DNA of 58,172 nucleotides from a virus (Duplodnaviria; Caudoviricetes): IMG/VR virus record IMGVR_UViG_3300028610_000686, positions 1 to 58,172 of that record; one strand, 5' to 3'. Shown piece by piece: positions 9,969 to 19,652 of this stretch (position 1 is its first letter; each line of letters starts with the position of its first letter). The notes under the pieces were generated by a model. It saw only the letters and a program-made list of their open reading frames with translations, ran no database searches and was not told where the DNA came from. The position numbers and the translations under genes were made by a program.

Positions 9969-11041
9969 AAATATACAATCCAGAAATAAATGTTCTTGAT
10001 GCTACCAGAGAAAGAATAAGCTATTTATTTGACGAATTTGAAACAATCAACGTTTCTATTTCATCCGGTAAAGATAGCACTGTTCTTTATTATTTATGCC
10101 TCCAGGAAGCAAAAAAACGGAATAGAAAAATAATAGCTTTCTTTCAGGATCAAGAAGCCGAGTATGCTGCATCAATTGAGATCATGAAAATACAAATGGA
10201 CCACCCAAATGTTATTCCGGCGTGGTACCAAGTTCCTATTTATCTAACTAACTCAACAAGCTATACAGATTATTTTTTATATGCATGGGGCAAGGGGGAT
10301 AAATGGATGAGGGAAAAGGACCCGGTTGCAGTTAAAGAAATTGACGAAGATTACCCACCTAGATTCTATGAGTTTTTTAAATGGTATGAGCAAAAGAATC
10401 CAGATGCTGCTTACTTAGTAGGTCTTAGAGCAGATGAAGGAGTAATTAGATTCAGAGCTGTTACTAAATATGTTGGATGGAACGGTATTAGATGGTCAAC
10501 AGAAACAGATAATATTAAAAAATTCTACCCTATTTATGATTGGGGATTCGCTGACATTTGGAAGTTTATTTATGATTATAATATTCCATATAACAAGATT
10601 TATGATTTGATGTTCATGGACAATTATAGTTTTTATAATAAAATGCGAGTGTCGAACCTGATTCATGAAAAATCATACAAATGTTTGATTGATCTTCCAA
10701 AGTATGAACCAGAGACTTACAATAAACTTTCAAAAAGAATCGGGGGTATTCCAACAGCTCAAAGATACGCAAGTGAAAAACTTGTTTTTAACAACAAGAA
10801 ATTACCGAGACATTATAAGACATGGAAAGATTTTAGAGATTTTCTTTTGTTGAATATTCCGGTTGAAGAACACCGGGAAAAGTTTATTGCCAGGTTTGAG
10901 AAACAAGAAAACTCAGAAAGAATTTATCAAGCACAAGTAGGGCAGCTTTTAATTAATGATTTTGAAAACAGCCGTGCTTTCAATACGAAAAAAACCCAGT
11001 ACGATAAAAAGGTAAAAGAAAAATGGATGAACATACTGTAG
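9965..11041 (+). CDS. PAPS-reductase family / DUF3440 protein (IbrA-like), copy 1
   Basis: PP-loop SSGKDS, DQEAEY, VGLRADE, YPIYDW, MRVSNLIH. Confidence 0.85.
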   Translation: MKIYNPEINVLDATRERISYLFDEFETINVSISSGKDSTVLYYLCLQEAKKRNRKIIAFFQDQEAEYAASIEIMKIQMDHPNVIPAWYQVPIYLTNSTSYTDYFLYAWGKGDKWMREKDPVAVKEIDEDYPPRFYEFFKWYEQKNPDAAYLVGLRADEGVIRFRAVTKYVGWNGIRWSTETDNIKKFYPIYDWGFADIWKFIYDYNIPYNKIYDLMFMDNYSFYNKMRVSNLIHEKSYKCLIDLPKYEPETYNKLSKRIGGIPTAQRYASEKLVFNNKKLPRHYKTWKDFRDFLLLNIPVEEHREKFIARFEKQENSERIYQAQVGQLLINDFENSRAFNTKKTQYDKKVKEKWMNIL

Positions 11042-11550
11042 AACAAAAAGCAACTGAAGTTATTGTGGTGCCATTGGAAAAGATGTTTTCGAATGATTAT
11101 AATCCAAATCGGATGCCAGATACAGAAATGGATCTATTAAAACAATGCATTGTAAAGTATGGTTTTTTATTCCCAATACTTGTTACTTGGGTAGAAGAAA
11201 AACAAATGTATCGTATTATTGATGGATTCCATAGATATGAAACACTTAAACGAATTGGAGCAAAAGAGGCTTCAATTATCGATATGAAACTGCCATATCA
11301 TGACGCGGTTCAATTGACTGTATTAATGAACCGGATTAAAGGATTGCATCAAGTGGAAATGATGAGCGATTTAGTTTTGAAGCTTGAGAATTTAGGGCTT
11401 GAAGACACTGAAATATGTGATAACCTAGGCATGGAAAGTGAGGAGTACATGAGACTCAAGCAACAATTGGGAATAGCCCATGCCTTTAAAAACCACGAAT
11501 ACAACTCGTCATGGGCTATTGACAAGGAAACATACGGATTGAAAAAATGA
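11023..11550 (+). CDS. ParB/sulfiredoxin-like protein (IbrB-like), copy 1
   Basis: NDYNPN, YGFLFPI, IIDGFHRY, MNRIKGLH. Confidence 0.85.
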   Translation: MDEHTVEQKATEVIVVPLEKMFSNDYNPNRMPDTEMDLLKQCIVKYGFLFPILVTWVEEKQMYRIIDGFHRYETLKRIGAKEASIIDMKLPYHDAVQLTVLMNRIKGLHQVEMMSDLVLKLENLGLEDTEICDNLGMESEEYMRLKQQLGIAHAFKNHEYNSSWAIDKETYGLKK

Positions 11551-12068
11551 ACTTTAAAAACGAACCGGTTTCAAATGTGCAATGGGTTCATTCATCAACT
11601 ATTGCAAAGAACTCATACAACCCAAATCATGTCGCAAAACCCGAACTTGAATTATTAAGAAGGTCAATTGAAATCAATGGTTTTACACAGCCGATAGTTT
11701 GCTGGAATGATTCAGGTCGACTTGAAATAGTTGATGGATTCCATAGGTCATTGGTAGGCCAAAATACAGAATCTATCAGGAATAGACTCAATGGATTTTT
11801 ACCAGTAGTCATACTGAATAAAGAAAACACCGGCAAGAATGACAGAATAGCCGCCACGATAAGGCACAACAGGGCAAGAGGTAAACACAATATGTCAGCA
11901 ATGTCTGATATCATTATCGAACTTAAAAGACGCAATTGGAGAACTTCAAGAATCTGCAAAGAGCTTGGAACTGACGAAGATGAGGTTTTAAGATTGATGC
12001 AGATTAATGGATTAATTGAAATGTTTTCTGATAATGATTACTCTGAAGCGTGGGAATATGAAATATAA
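11547..12068 (+). CDS. ParB/sulfiredoxin-like protein (IbrB-like), copy 2
   Basis: NSYNPNHVAKPE, GFTQPIV, IVDGFHR, ATIRHNRARGKH, EVLRLMQI. Confidence 0.88.
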   Translation: MNFKNEPVSNVQWVHSSTIAKNSYNPNHVAKPELELLRRSIEINGFTQPIVCWNDSGRLEIVDGFHRSLVGQNTESIRNRLNGFLPVVILNKENTGKNDRIAATIRHNRARGKHNMSAMSDIIIELKRRNWRTSRICKELGTDEDEVLRLMQINGLIEMFSDNDYSEAWEYEI

Positions 12069-12459
12069 ACCATATTGGATACGAGAAGATTATTTAAACG
12101 GGATGTTTAATACGACAACAAAAAATGATGAGTTATCTATCAAAAAAGTTGAACGACTTTTTAAAAGCGAAAAACGCACAATAAAGGCGATGTATTCAGT
12201 AATACAAAAATGGCATCACTCAACAGGACATAACCTTACCAACAGGTCGATAAATAGAATTGCTTGGCTTGGACAAGCGGCTTGCTGCTATTCGTTAAAA
12301 GTCCCGGACTATATTACTAAAAAAGCTTGGTGGAATCTCCCGAAAGAAATACGAAACAGAGCGGATAAAAACGCCAAAGATTTAATAGAATCTTATGAAA
12401 ACAAAACTAAAAATCAATGTATTGGAAGCCGCAAAGCAGAGAATCAACTTTGTTTTTAA
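12058..12459 (+). CDS. Conserved hypothetical protein of the ibrAB-like cluster
   Basis: HNLTNRSINRIAWLGQAACC motif; overlaps neighbours. Confidence 0.65.
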   Translation: MKYKPYWIREDYLNGMFNTTTKNDELSIKKVERLFKSEKRTIKAMYSVIQKWHHSTGHNLTNRSINRIAWLGQAACCYSLKVPDYITKKAWWNLPKEIRNRADKNAKDLIESYENKTKNQCIGSRKAENQLCF

Positions 12460-13531
12460 TACATTTGAAAAGATTTATCTTTGTTTTTCAGGTGGCAAGG
12501 ATTCGACTGTTATGTTTCATTTAGCTGCAGCCGAAGCAATCAAAAAAAAAGTCAAGATTGATGTTTTGTTTATTGATTTAGAAGCTCAATATAAGGCCAC
12601 GATTGATCATGTAAAAGCAATGTTTGGATTATACAAAGATCATATCAATATCCATTGGGTTTGCATTCCATTAACTCTGAGAAATTCGCTGTCAGTATTT
12701 CACCCTAGTTGGATATGCTGGGAACATGGAAGAGAGTGGGTGCGGGAAAAACCAAATAATGACAGTTTCGTGTTTTGCTATCCATCAATGGAGTTTGAAG
12801 AGTTTACTTATTGTTTCGGTAAGTGGTTTGCAAAAGATAAATTAACCGCTTGCCTGGTTGGAATCAGAACAGACGAAAGTTTAAATCGTGAAATGGCGTT
12901 GCAGTCAATTAAAGAAAGTTACAATCAATGGACAACAAAAATTCATAAGAATGTTTTTAACTGTTATCCTATTTATGACTGGAAAGTTTCTGATTTATGG
13001 GTTTATACGCGGAAAGAAAACAAGATGCACAATAAAATTTATGATCTGATGCAGCAAGCGGGTGTCCCGTTAAAAGATCAAAGGATATGCCAGCCATATG
13101 GGGATGACCAGAAAAAAGGGTTGTGGCTTTATCATCTACTTGAGCCTGAGACATGGGACAAAGTTTTAAATCGGGTGTCAGGAGTAGGTGGTCACGAACA
13201 TACCAAAGAAAGCAAAATAAACAAACCGGATAAATTGTCATGGAAAAAATATTGTGAGCTTTTAATTAATTCAATGCCAGCAACTACAAAAAATCACTAT
13301 ATCGAACGAATCACAAAATATTGTAAATCATGGGAGAATCGAGGGTATGGAGATGGGATATGTAATATTGTTCCGGATAACATCGAGCGCAGAAACATAG
13401 CACCATCATGGAAAGCTATTTCAAAAGCGATATTGAAAAATGATTATTGGTTTAGATCTATTAACATGACTCAACCGTTTAGCAAAACATACGGGGAGTA
13501 TTTAAAAATAAGAGATGGAATCATAAACTGA
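12395..13531 (+). CDS. PAPS-reductase family / DUF3440 protein (IbrA-like), copy 2
   Basis: FSGGKDS, IDLEAQY, VGIRTDESLNR, YPIYDW, QRICQPYGDDQKKGLWLY, PSWKAI..KNDYW. Confidence 0.88.
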   Translation: MKTKLKINVLEAAKQRINFVFNTFEKIYLCFSGGKDSTVMFHLAAAEAIKKKVKIDVLFIDLEAQYKATIDHVKAMFGLYKDHINIHWVCIPLTLRNSLSVFHPSWICWEHGREWVREKPNNDSFVFCYPSMEFEEFTYCFGKWFAKDKLTACLVGIRTDESLNREMALQSIKESYNQWTTKIHKNVFNCYPIYDWKVSDLWVYTRKENKMHNKIYDLMQQAGVPLKDQRICQPYGDDQKKGLWLYHLLEPETWDKVLNRVSGVGGHEHTKESKINKPDKLSWKKYCELLINSMPATTKNHYIERITKYCKSWENRGYGDGICNIVPDNIERRNIAPSWKAISKAILKNDYWFRSINMTQPFSKTYGEYLKIRDGIIN

Positions 13532-13624
13532 AATAACTTGCAAAAAACGCAAAAAAAGAGGATATTTAGATAACACTTCAAAGAGGTATCAATAAAAGGG
13601 CAAACCCACACATGAAATTCCAAA

Positions 13625-14227
13625 TTGGCAAAAAAGAAACAAAACAAGCCTAAAAATGGCAGAAAAAAGGGCATTACACCCAAAAATGCAAAGTTTATTG
13701 ACGAATATATCAAAACAAGTGATTTAAGCAAGTCATGGATCGCCGCCGGGTATAGTGAAAACAACCCTTCGAGCTGTGCTGCAAAATGTTTGAAAAAACC
13801 CCAAATAAAACGAGAGTACAAGAGAAGGCTTAAAGAGATAGGACGGAAAGTAAACTTTGATGCGATCGATGTCATAAACGAACTTGGTAAAATAGCCTTT
13901 TCAAATTCAGATGATTATATTGACTGGCATGAAATAAAGATAGACAAGGTGACTCCCACCGGTGAGGTTAAAAAAGAGATAGTTTCAAGGGCATACCTTA
14001 AAGCAGGTTCCGAGGTAACAAGAGAAATGAGAGCGGCGATCTCAGGAATTAAAGAAACAATAAACGGAGTCGAGGTAAAGTTTCACAGCAAGACACAGGC
14101 GCTTGAAAGTCTCAAAAAGTATTTTGGTATTGATGATCCGAGAGAGATTGAGAAGGCTAAGAGGATAAAAGACGGAGGCGGCGCAACAGATATCAATATT
14201 ACGATTACGAGAGATTCAGATGTGTAA
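13625..14227 (+). CDS. terS: Terminase small subunit
   Basis: FIDEY..AAGYSE..LKKPQI, ELGKIAFS, VEVKFHSKTQALESL; directly upstream of TerL. Confidence 0.85.
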   Translation: MAKKKQNKPKNGRKKGITPKNAKFIDEYIKTSDLSKSWIAAGYSENNPSSCAAKCLKKPQIKREYKRRLKEIGRKVNFDAIDVINELGKIAFSNSDDYIDWHEIKIDKVTPTGEVKKEIVSRAYLKAGSEVTREMRAAISGIKETINGVEVKFHSKTQALESLKKYFGIDDPREIEKAKRIKDGGGATDINITITRDSDV

Positions 14228-15593
14228 CCCCCTAAAAATAATCGTACCATACAAATTCAAAGCAAGATCATATCAACAAAACATATTCAAGCAAGTAGGC
14301 AGTGATATCCATAAATTAAAAAGGGGCGTAGCTGTTTGGCACAGAAGGAGCGGGAAGGATAAGACATTTCTTAATTTTGACATTCGTGAGATGCACTACA
14401 GAATAGGCGCTTATTATTACATATTCCCAACCTTAACCCAGGGACGTAAAATTATATGGGATGGGATAGACCGCGATGGATTCAAATTTATGGATCATTT
14501 CCCGAGAGAGATGGTTCAATCCAAAAATAAGTCTGACATGCAGGTCAAGCTTAAAAACGGATCAATTTTTCAAATAGTAGGAACTGATCATCTAGACAGT
14601 ATAATTGGAACAAACCCTGTAGGAGTAATATTTTCGGAATATTCGTTACAGAACCCAATTGCTTGGGATTTTATAAGACCAATTCTTTCAGAGAACGGTG
14701 GGTGGGCTTTATTTAACTATACATTTCGTGGCAAGAACCATGGATGGGACTTATACGAAATGGCCCGACAGAATGACAAATGGTATTGTGAATTACTCAC
14801 TGTAACCGATACCAAACGTGAAGACGGAACACCGGTAATTTCATCAGAGGCAATAGACGAAGAACGCCAAGCCGGGATGGATGAGGATTTAATAAACCAG
14901 GAATATTATTGTGATCCATCCGCAACCGATAAAGGTGCTTTTTATTCAGATCAATTAAAATGGATTGATGAAAACAACCGGGTCCGTGAAGTAAATTACG
15001 AGCCTGATTTGCTGGTAATGACATTTTGGGACATAGGACGAACCGATTACAATTCAATATGGTTCACACAGAAGGCAGGCGAAGAAATAAGGATAATAGA
15101 TTTCTACCAGAATCACAATAAAGGAATTGATCATTATATCGATTTTATACTTGGTGAAAAAAACACCGATGGCCGAAGAGTTGGTGGGTTGCCCTATAAA
15201 AAATATAAGCATTGGGCACCACATGACATCAAAGTTACAGAGTATACTAGCAACCAATCAAGGATAGAATACGCTAGGTTAAACGGTGTTGATTTTAATG
15301 TCGTTCCGGATATATCAATTCAGGATGGAATTGACGCAGGGAGAAGGGTTTTGAAATATTGCTATTTTGATAATAAAATTGGGAAAAGGACATCTGACAA
15401 CGGGGAACACGGGGTTAACTTCGGGCTTAACGCCTTGCGATCTTATAGAAAACTATTCGATGAAAAAAGAAAAACCTATAAAGATATTCCGCACCACGAT
15501 TGGGCAAGCCATCCAGCAGATGCTTTCAGGTATCTTTCAATTGGGATAGCTGTATCATATGGTGTACCAGGGGTTAGAATTCAAGCATTTTAA
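14220..15593 (+). CDS. terL: Terminase large subunit
   Basis: Walker A HRRSGKD, Walker B VIFSEY, nuclease WDIG..D and HDWASHPADAFRY. Confidence 0.92.
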   Translation: MCNPLKIIVPYKFKARSYQQNIFKQVGSDIHKLKRGVAVWHRRSGKDKTFLNFDIREMHYRIGAYYYIFPTLTQGRKIIWDGIDRDGFKFMDHFPREMVQSKNKSDMQVKLKNGSIFQIVGTDHLDSIIGTNPVGVIFSEYSLQNPIAWDFIRPILSENGGWALFNYTFRGKNHGWDLYEMARQNDKWYCELLTVTDTKREDGTPVISSEAIDEERQAGMDEDLINQEYYCDPSATDKGAFYSDQLKWIDENNRVREVNYEPDLLVMTFWDIGRTDYNSIWFTQKAGEEIRIIDFYQNHNKGIDHYIDFILGEKNTDGRRVGGLPYKKYKHWAPHDIKVTEYTSNQSRIEYARLNGVDFNVVPDISIQDGIDAGRRVLKYCYFDNKIGKRTSDNGEHGVNFGLNALRSYRKLFDEKRKTYKDIPHHDWASHPADAFRYLSIGIAVSYGVPGVRIQAF

Positions 15594-15596
15594 AAC

Positions 15597-15794
15597 ATGG
15601 AATCATATTTAACAATAGAAATTTCTGACACAATCGAAGAACTTAATTGCGATGGATGCGGAAAGATAATCCGAAAAGGAGACAAAATGTTGACAAATAT
15701 AGATTCATGCTGTGGTGGTGGTTGCGTAAGAAGTATTTGTATTGATTGCTTAGAATACGCTTATAAACAACTGGCAGAGCACAAAGTATTTTAA
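15597..15794 (+). CDS. Cys-rich hypothetical protein
   Basis: CDGC, CCGGGC and CIDC motifs. Confidence 0.5.
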   Translation: MESYLTIEISDTIEELNCDGCGKIIRKGDKMLTNIDSCCGGGCVRSICIDCLEYAYKQLAEHKVF

Positions 15795-15798
15795 TATT

Positions 15799-15987
15799 AT
15801 GGATTACAAAATAATAAAAGAAGAATCAATCGAAGAATTAGAAAAAACAGTCAATAATTTTTTAAAAATTGGTTATAATGCGGTCGGTGCCGTGGTTCCA
15901 CATGTGGTTCATTTTTGGAAGAATGGAGAAGTATTGACCGAATGTACCTACATGCAAACATTAATTAGAAAAAAGGGGATGTCATGA
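15799..15987 (+). CDS. Small hypothetical protein (DUF1737-like)
   Basis: YKII..LEKTVNNFLKIGYNAVG..YMQTL pattern. Confidence 0.5.
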   Translation: MDYKIIKEESIEELEKTVNNFLKIGYNAVGAVVPHVVHFWKNGEVLTECTYMQTLIRKKGMS

Positions 15988-16175
15988 AATTAAATATCAA
16001 TAATAGGATATTACTTGTCATTGTAAAAATGTTTTTTTCAGTCTGCCTTGGACTTTTAGCATTAAGCTTAATGCACCACTATTTAGGATTAAAAGACATT
16101 GAAAATCTATATATTATTTTGATTGGCCTTTCTTGTTTTTTTCTGATTGGGATTAACAATTGGGGCGAAAAATGA
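15984..16175 (+). CDS. Small two-TM membrane protein
   Basis: Two hydrophobic segments. Confidence 0.5.
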   Translation: MKLNINNRILLVIVKMFFSVCLGLLALSLMHHYLGLKDIENLYIILIGLSCFFLIGINNWGEK

Positions 16176-16399
16176 AACAATTAATAAACTATTTCAAAGA
16201 ACTTATACCAGCATGGTTATTCGAAAAATATAAAATTAAACAATTGATTGGATTTTTCATATTGGGTGGACTTATTACGCTGGTTGTCACAATGATGATT
16301 ATTTGGAGTTTTCACTCTGTGCTTGTAGCTAATGTATCAGTTTTATGTATTATAATAGGGCTGTTGAATTTTGGCTTGTTTTTAATTAAAAATGATTGA
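16160..16399 (+). CDS. Small two-TM membrane protein
   Basis: Two hydrophobic segments. Confidence 0.5.
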   Translation: MGRKMKQLINYFKELIPAWLFEKYKIKQLIGFFILGGLITLVVTMMIIWSFHSVLVANVSVLCIIIGLLNFGLFLIKND

Positions 16400-16443
16400 T
16401 TATGAGGCATTCAATAGACCCTTAACAAATTATCCAGATCAAG

Positions 16444-16908
16444 TTGATAAAAAAATTGATGAAAAAAAACGGGAGGGGGATAATCATGAAAAGAAAAGTC
16501 AACATATTTGAAATGACAAACGCTGACGGCAGATTAATTTATAAAATCGGGGAGGGAACATTCCATGAATTCGTCCATAAATTTATAATGGTTGGTGATC
16601 TTGCCAAGTCCGAACCGACGGCAATAATCGAAATGGACGACGGGATTGTTAAGAATATTCCAATTAGCCTTATTCAGTTTCAAAAACAAGAAAGAACCTT
16701 TGCTGAGAATCATATTGAATTATTGGTCGATAGGTGCAAAAAGTTAAGATATACATTGGCAATTGCGTCAAGTATATTTTATCACGGGAAATTTATAGTC
16801 GAGACCCCAAACGAGAAACTTCTGAAAGACCAGTTAATAGAATTGGGGATGTTTGCAAACACGGAAGATGAATTAATGGACATTCTTGAAAAATATGGGG
16901 ATAAATGA
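16444..16908 (+). CDS. Hypothetical protein (true start probably ATG about 16486)
   Basis: GGAGGGG RBS inside the 5' end of the ORF. Confidence 0.55.
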   Translation: MIKKLMKKNGRGIIMKRKVNIFEMTNADGRLIYKIGEGTFHEFVHKFIMVGDLAKSEPTAIIEMDDGIVKNIPISLIQFQKQERTFAENHIELLVDRCKKLRYTLAIASSIFYHGKFIVETPNEKLLKDQLIELGMFANTEDELMDILEKYGDK

Positions 16909-17093
16909 AAAAACTTGATATTGGTCTTATAATATTTCATCAACCGACGCATGGAAGCTTAATACTGGAGGTGACAGAAGATATTAGACCTTCCGAAGGA
17001 GAAGAATATTACACGGTTGAATTAGAATTCGACGCACTTGAAAAGTGGGTTAAGGAATGTAGAGAAGAAATTGATAATAAAAGGGATAAATGA
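16905..17093 (+). CDS. Hypothetical protein
   Basis: Coupled ORF with GGGG RBS. Confidence 0.5.
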   Translation: MKKLDIGLIIFHQPTHGSLILEVTEDIRPSEGEEYYTVELEFDALEKWVKECREEIDNKRDK

Positions 17094-17395
17094 AACTAAA
17101 AATACTATCATACGAATTCGATCTAATTTTTGAAAAAGGATTCGCCGACAATAAAAGCGGGAACAATATTCGAGGATTGTTAGGGCATATTGATTACAGC
17201 AACCACCAAATAAAAATAGATTCTGGACATCCGGAAGAACAGGGAATATTATTACACGAAATACTTCACGGCGTGGCGAACTACTTTTCAGTCGATTTAA
17301 GCGAAAAAGATGTTGAAAGATTAAGCGAGGGCCTTTATTGTGTTCTAAAACAGAACGGAATGTTAAACGATTTTCCAAAGGGGGAAAATGAATGA
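17090..17395 (+). CDS. Small HExxH zinc metallopeptidase-like protein
   Basis: LLGHIDY..IKID...ILLHEILHG...E. Confidence 0.7.
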   Translation: MKLKILSYEFDLIFEKGFADNKSGNNIRGLLGHIDYSNHQIKIDSGHPEEQGILLHEILHGVANYFSVDLSEKDVERLSEGLYCVLKQNGMLNDFPKGENE

Positions 17396-17693
17396 TATTG
17401 AATGGAGTATAGAATTAAAAGAGAATCATGGGGATTTAACACAAGTTGACGGAAAATTATTTCTTGTGATTAATGCAAGAAAAGACGGATTGCACAGAGA
17501 AGTTGTATCCTGTGCTGATAAAGTAATAAATTTTGATGACATAATCAATGAACATATACTTCCGTCTGTTTATTCTTTGTGGAAAGATTTTATTGGAAGA
17601 GAAGAATCTGACAAAGAATATTTAGAAAAGATAGCTATTTCAGATTTTCTTAAAGAGGACTTGTTCGATCTTTATAACAAAATGTCAACCTGA
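17388..17693 (+). CDS. Hypothetical protein
   Basis: GGGGG RBS. Confidence 0.55.
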   Translation: MNDIEWSIELKENHGDLTQVDGKLFLVINARKDGLHREVVSCADKVINFDDIINEHILPSVYSLWKDFIGREESDKEYLEKIAISDFLKEDLFDLYNKMST

Positions 17694-17707
17694 GCCAAAG
17701 GAAAAAG

Positions 17708-17965
17708 ATGGCAAAGAAAAAAAGTGAGAAAGTTGAATCTGAAGAAATCAAAGACAAAGAATCAAAAGATGTTATTGATGAGTTCTTTAATTCGACCGAT
17801 ACGGCGTCTGAGTTTTTTGAAGAAGAAAAACCATCAGAGACAAAAGATCGATTAGTCGTTGAAAATCCGAAACAAGCAACGATCAAAAGAAATCGGGAAA
17901 TAACAGCGATCAGAAAGAAACAAAGACTGCAAAGAACACGAGTTAATTGTGGTGTTTTGGATTAG
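17708..17965 (+). CDS. Hypothetical protein
   Basis: AAGGA RBS; highly charged. Confidence 0.5.
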   Translation: MAKKKSEKVESEEIKDKESKDVIDEFFNSTDTASEFFEEEKPSETKDRLVVENPKQATIKRNREITAIRKKQRLQRTRVNCGVLD

Positions 17966-18059
17966 AAAAATACTATAATATCAGTACATTACAAATCAAT
18001 TTGACAAACGACATAGTTTATTGAGATAGTGGTGCTAATTAGAACCACTAAGGTAAATT

Positions 18060-19523
18060 ATGTCAGTTCAAGATTCAAGTCCGCAATATTCATATCTACA
18101 ACCTATCTGGCACAAAATCAGGATAGCAGCGCGAGGCCAGGAGGCAGTCAAGTCTGAAGTAAATCAAACAACGTATCTACCATGCCCGGCTGGGTATGAT
18201 CCATCATGGTATAATGGAGCACTGCAAAGAGCTTATTGGTTAGATGCGACAGGGTGTGCCGAGAGATTGTCTCAAGGTTCTATTTTTCGAAAATCCCCAA
18301 CAATAACGCCTGACCCCACAGAACAACAAAAAGAATTCCTAGATTCAGTCGATAAAAATGGAAATGATCTTAATACTTTTGCTACAAACGTTGTCAATGA
18401 TGTAACTAAAACATCTTACGGTGGAATCCTTATTGATTATGATGATACTCATGGGCAAATTCTCACACAGGAGCAAGCTGAAGAACTCGGAATAAAAGCG
18501 CGTCTCATTTTCTACCCCGCTGAGTCGATTTTCAATCCTGAAAAAAATAGTATTAGGCTTTGGGAAGTATATCATGAGCAAATAGACGAATTTACAGCGG
18601 AAGCAAAAAAACAGATTAAGGTTCTAGACTTTGTATTTGATACAGACAGCAATAAAAAAGTCTATCGCCAAAGAATATTCCGAGAAATTGAAAGTGATAA
18701 AAAAAAGAAAGAGTGGTTACAATTTGGAGCTGATATTTTTCCAGCGTGGCCAGGTGGCGAAAAATTAGATTTCATCCCGTTTCAGTTTATCGGTGCAAAG
18801 AATAATGATTCGGATCCAGATACACCAATTCTTGAAGGACTGGTAAATGCTAATTTCCAACATTATGGATTATATTCTGATTTTAGAGAAGCATTGCATT
18901 GGATAAGGCCGATCACATATAGAACGGGTGAGGTTGACGACGCAAAAGCACCACAAACGCTTAATTCAAATGTAATGTTGACATCAAGGTCCCCGGAAAC
19001 AAAATTCGGAATTTTAGAATTTAGGGGTTCAGGACTTGAATGGGACGTCAAGGCACTTGAAATATTAGAAGCACAAATGGCTGCGATGGGTGCCGAAATG
19101 CTGAAAAGCAAGAAAAAGGCTTCTGAATCAGCTGATAAAGCAAGAATCGACAAATCCGGGGAGGCGTCAATTTTAGCAACAATGGCGAATAACATTTCTT
19201 CAGCGATCACTATTTCAATTAATATCATGCTGAAATGGAATGGCGAGGAAGGGGAAGAACTAACGTATCAACTCAACACGGATTACGATGCTACTTTGTT
19301 TGATGCTCAATTGATGACATCAATAAATAAATCTGTCGAATCAGGAACAATGTCACAACGTTCAGCAATTCACAATTATAAAAAAGGGGAACTGTTACCG
19401 GATGGTATCAGTGTTGAAGACGAGACGTTACAAATTGAGGCAGAAGCTTCAGGATTAGGAGGAACGGAGGAGTTGCACGAAACGATCAGAAACATAGTAG
19501 GTTCAATGAGTGAGGAAACTTGA
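18060..19523 (+). CDS. Portal protein (DUF4055 family)
   Basis: 487 aa; IFRKSP, GILIDY, LDFIPFQFIG, ANFQHYGLYSD, YQLNTDY; position before scaffold and capsid. Confidence 0.85.
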   Translation: MSVQDSSPQYSYLQPIWHKIRIAARGQEAVKSEVNQTTYLPCPAGYDPSWYNGALQRAYWLDATGCAERLSQGSIFRKSPTITPDPTEQQKEFLDSVDKNGNDLNTFATNVVNDVTKTSYGGILIDYDDTHGQILTQEQAEELGIKARLIFYPAESIFNPEKNSIRLWEVYHEQIDEFTAEAKKQIKVLDFVFDTDSNKKVYRQRIFREIESDKKKKEWLQFGADIFPAWPGGEKLDFIPFQFIGAKNNDSDPDTPILEGLVNANFQHYGLYSDFREALHWIRPITYRTGEVDDAKAPQTLNSNVMLTSRSPETKFGILEFRGSGLEWDVKALEILEAQMAAMGAEMLKSKKKASESADKARIDKSGEASILATMANNISSAITISINIMLKWNGEEGEELTYQLNTDYDATLFDAQLMTSINKSVESGTMSQRSAIHNYKKGELLPDGISVEDETLQIEAEASGLGGTEELHETIRNIVGSMSEET

Positions 19524-19567
19524 CATTTCTGTTATCAGTTTGCAATAGTTAGATAGCACGAATTTTA

Positions 19568-19651
19568 AATTAGTAACACACCTGGATTGGAATGTTACTA
19601 ATTCACTGGTGAGACTGGATTGTCTTATCAAAATCCTGGATTGGAGATTTT
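19568..19651 (+). promoter_or_regulatory. Three hairpins carrying CTGGATTG in the scaffold gene leader
   Basis: Stems AATTAGTAACA/TGTTACTAATT, AGAC/GTCT and AAAATC/GATTTT; the last includes the GGAG RBS. Confidence 0.55.
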
Positions 19652-19652
19652 A

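Noticed and set aside
9965-13531. Complete dnd/ssp phosphorothioation operon or sulfate-assimilation cysH auxiliary gene
   Set aside because: No cysteine desulfurase, DndD ATPase or DndE in the cluster; motifs fit DUF3440/IbrA rather than CysH.
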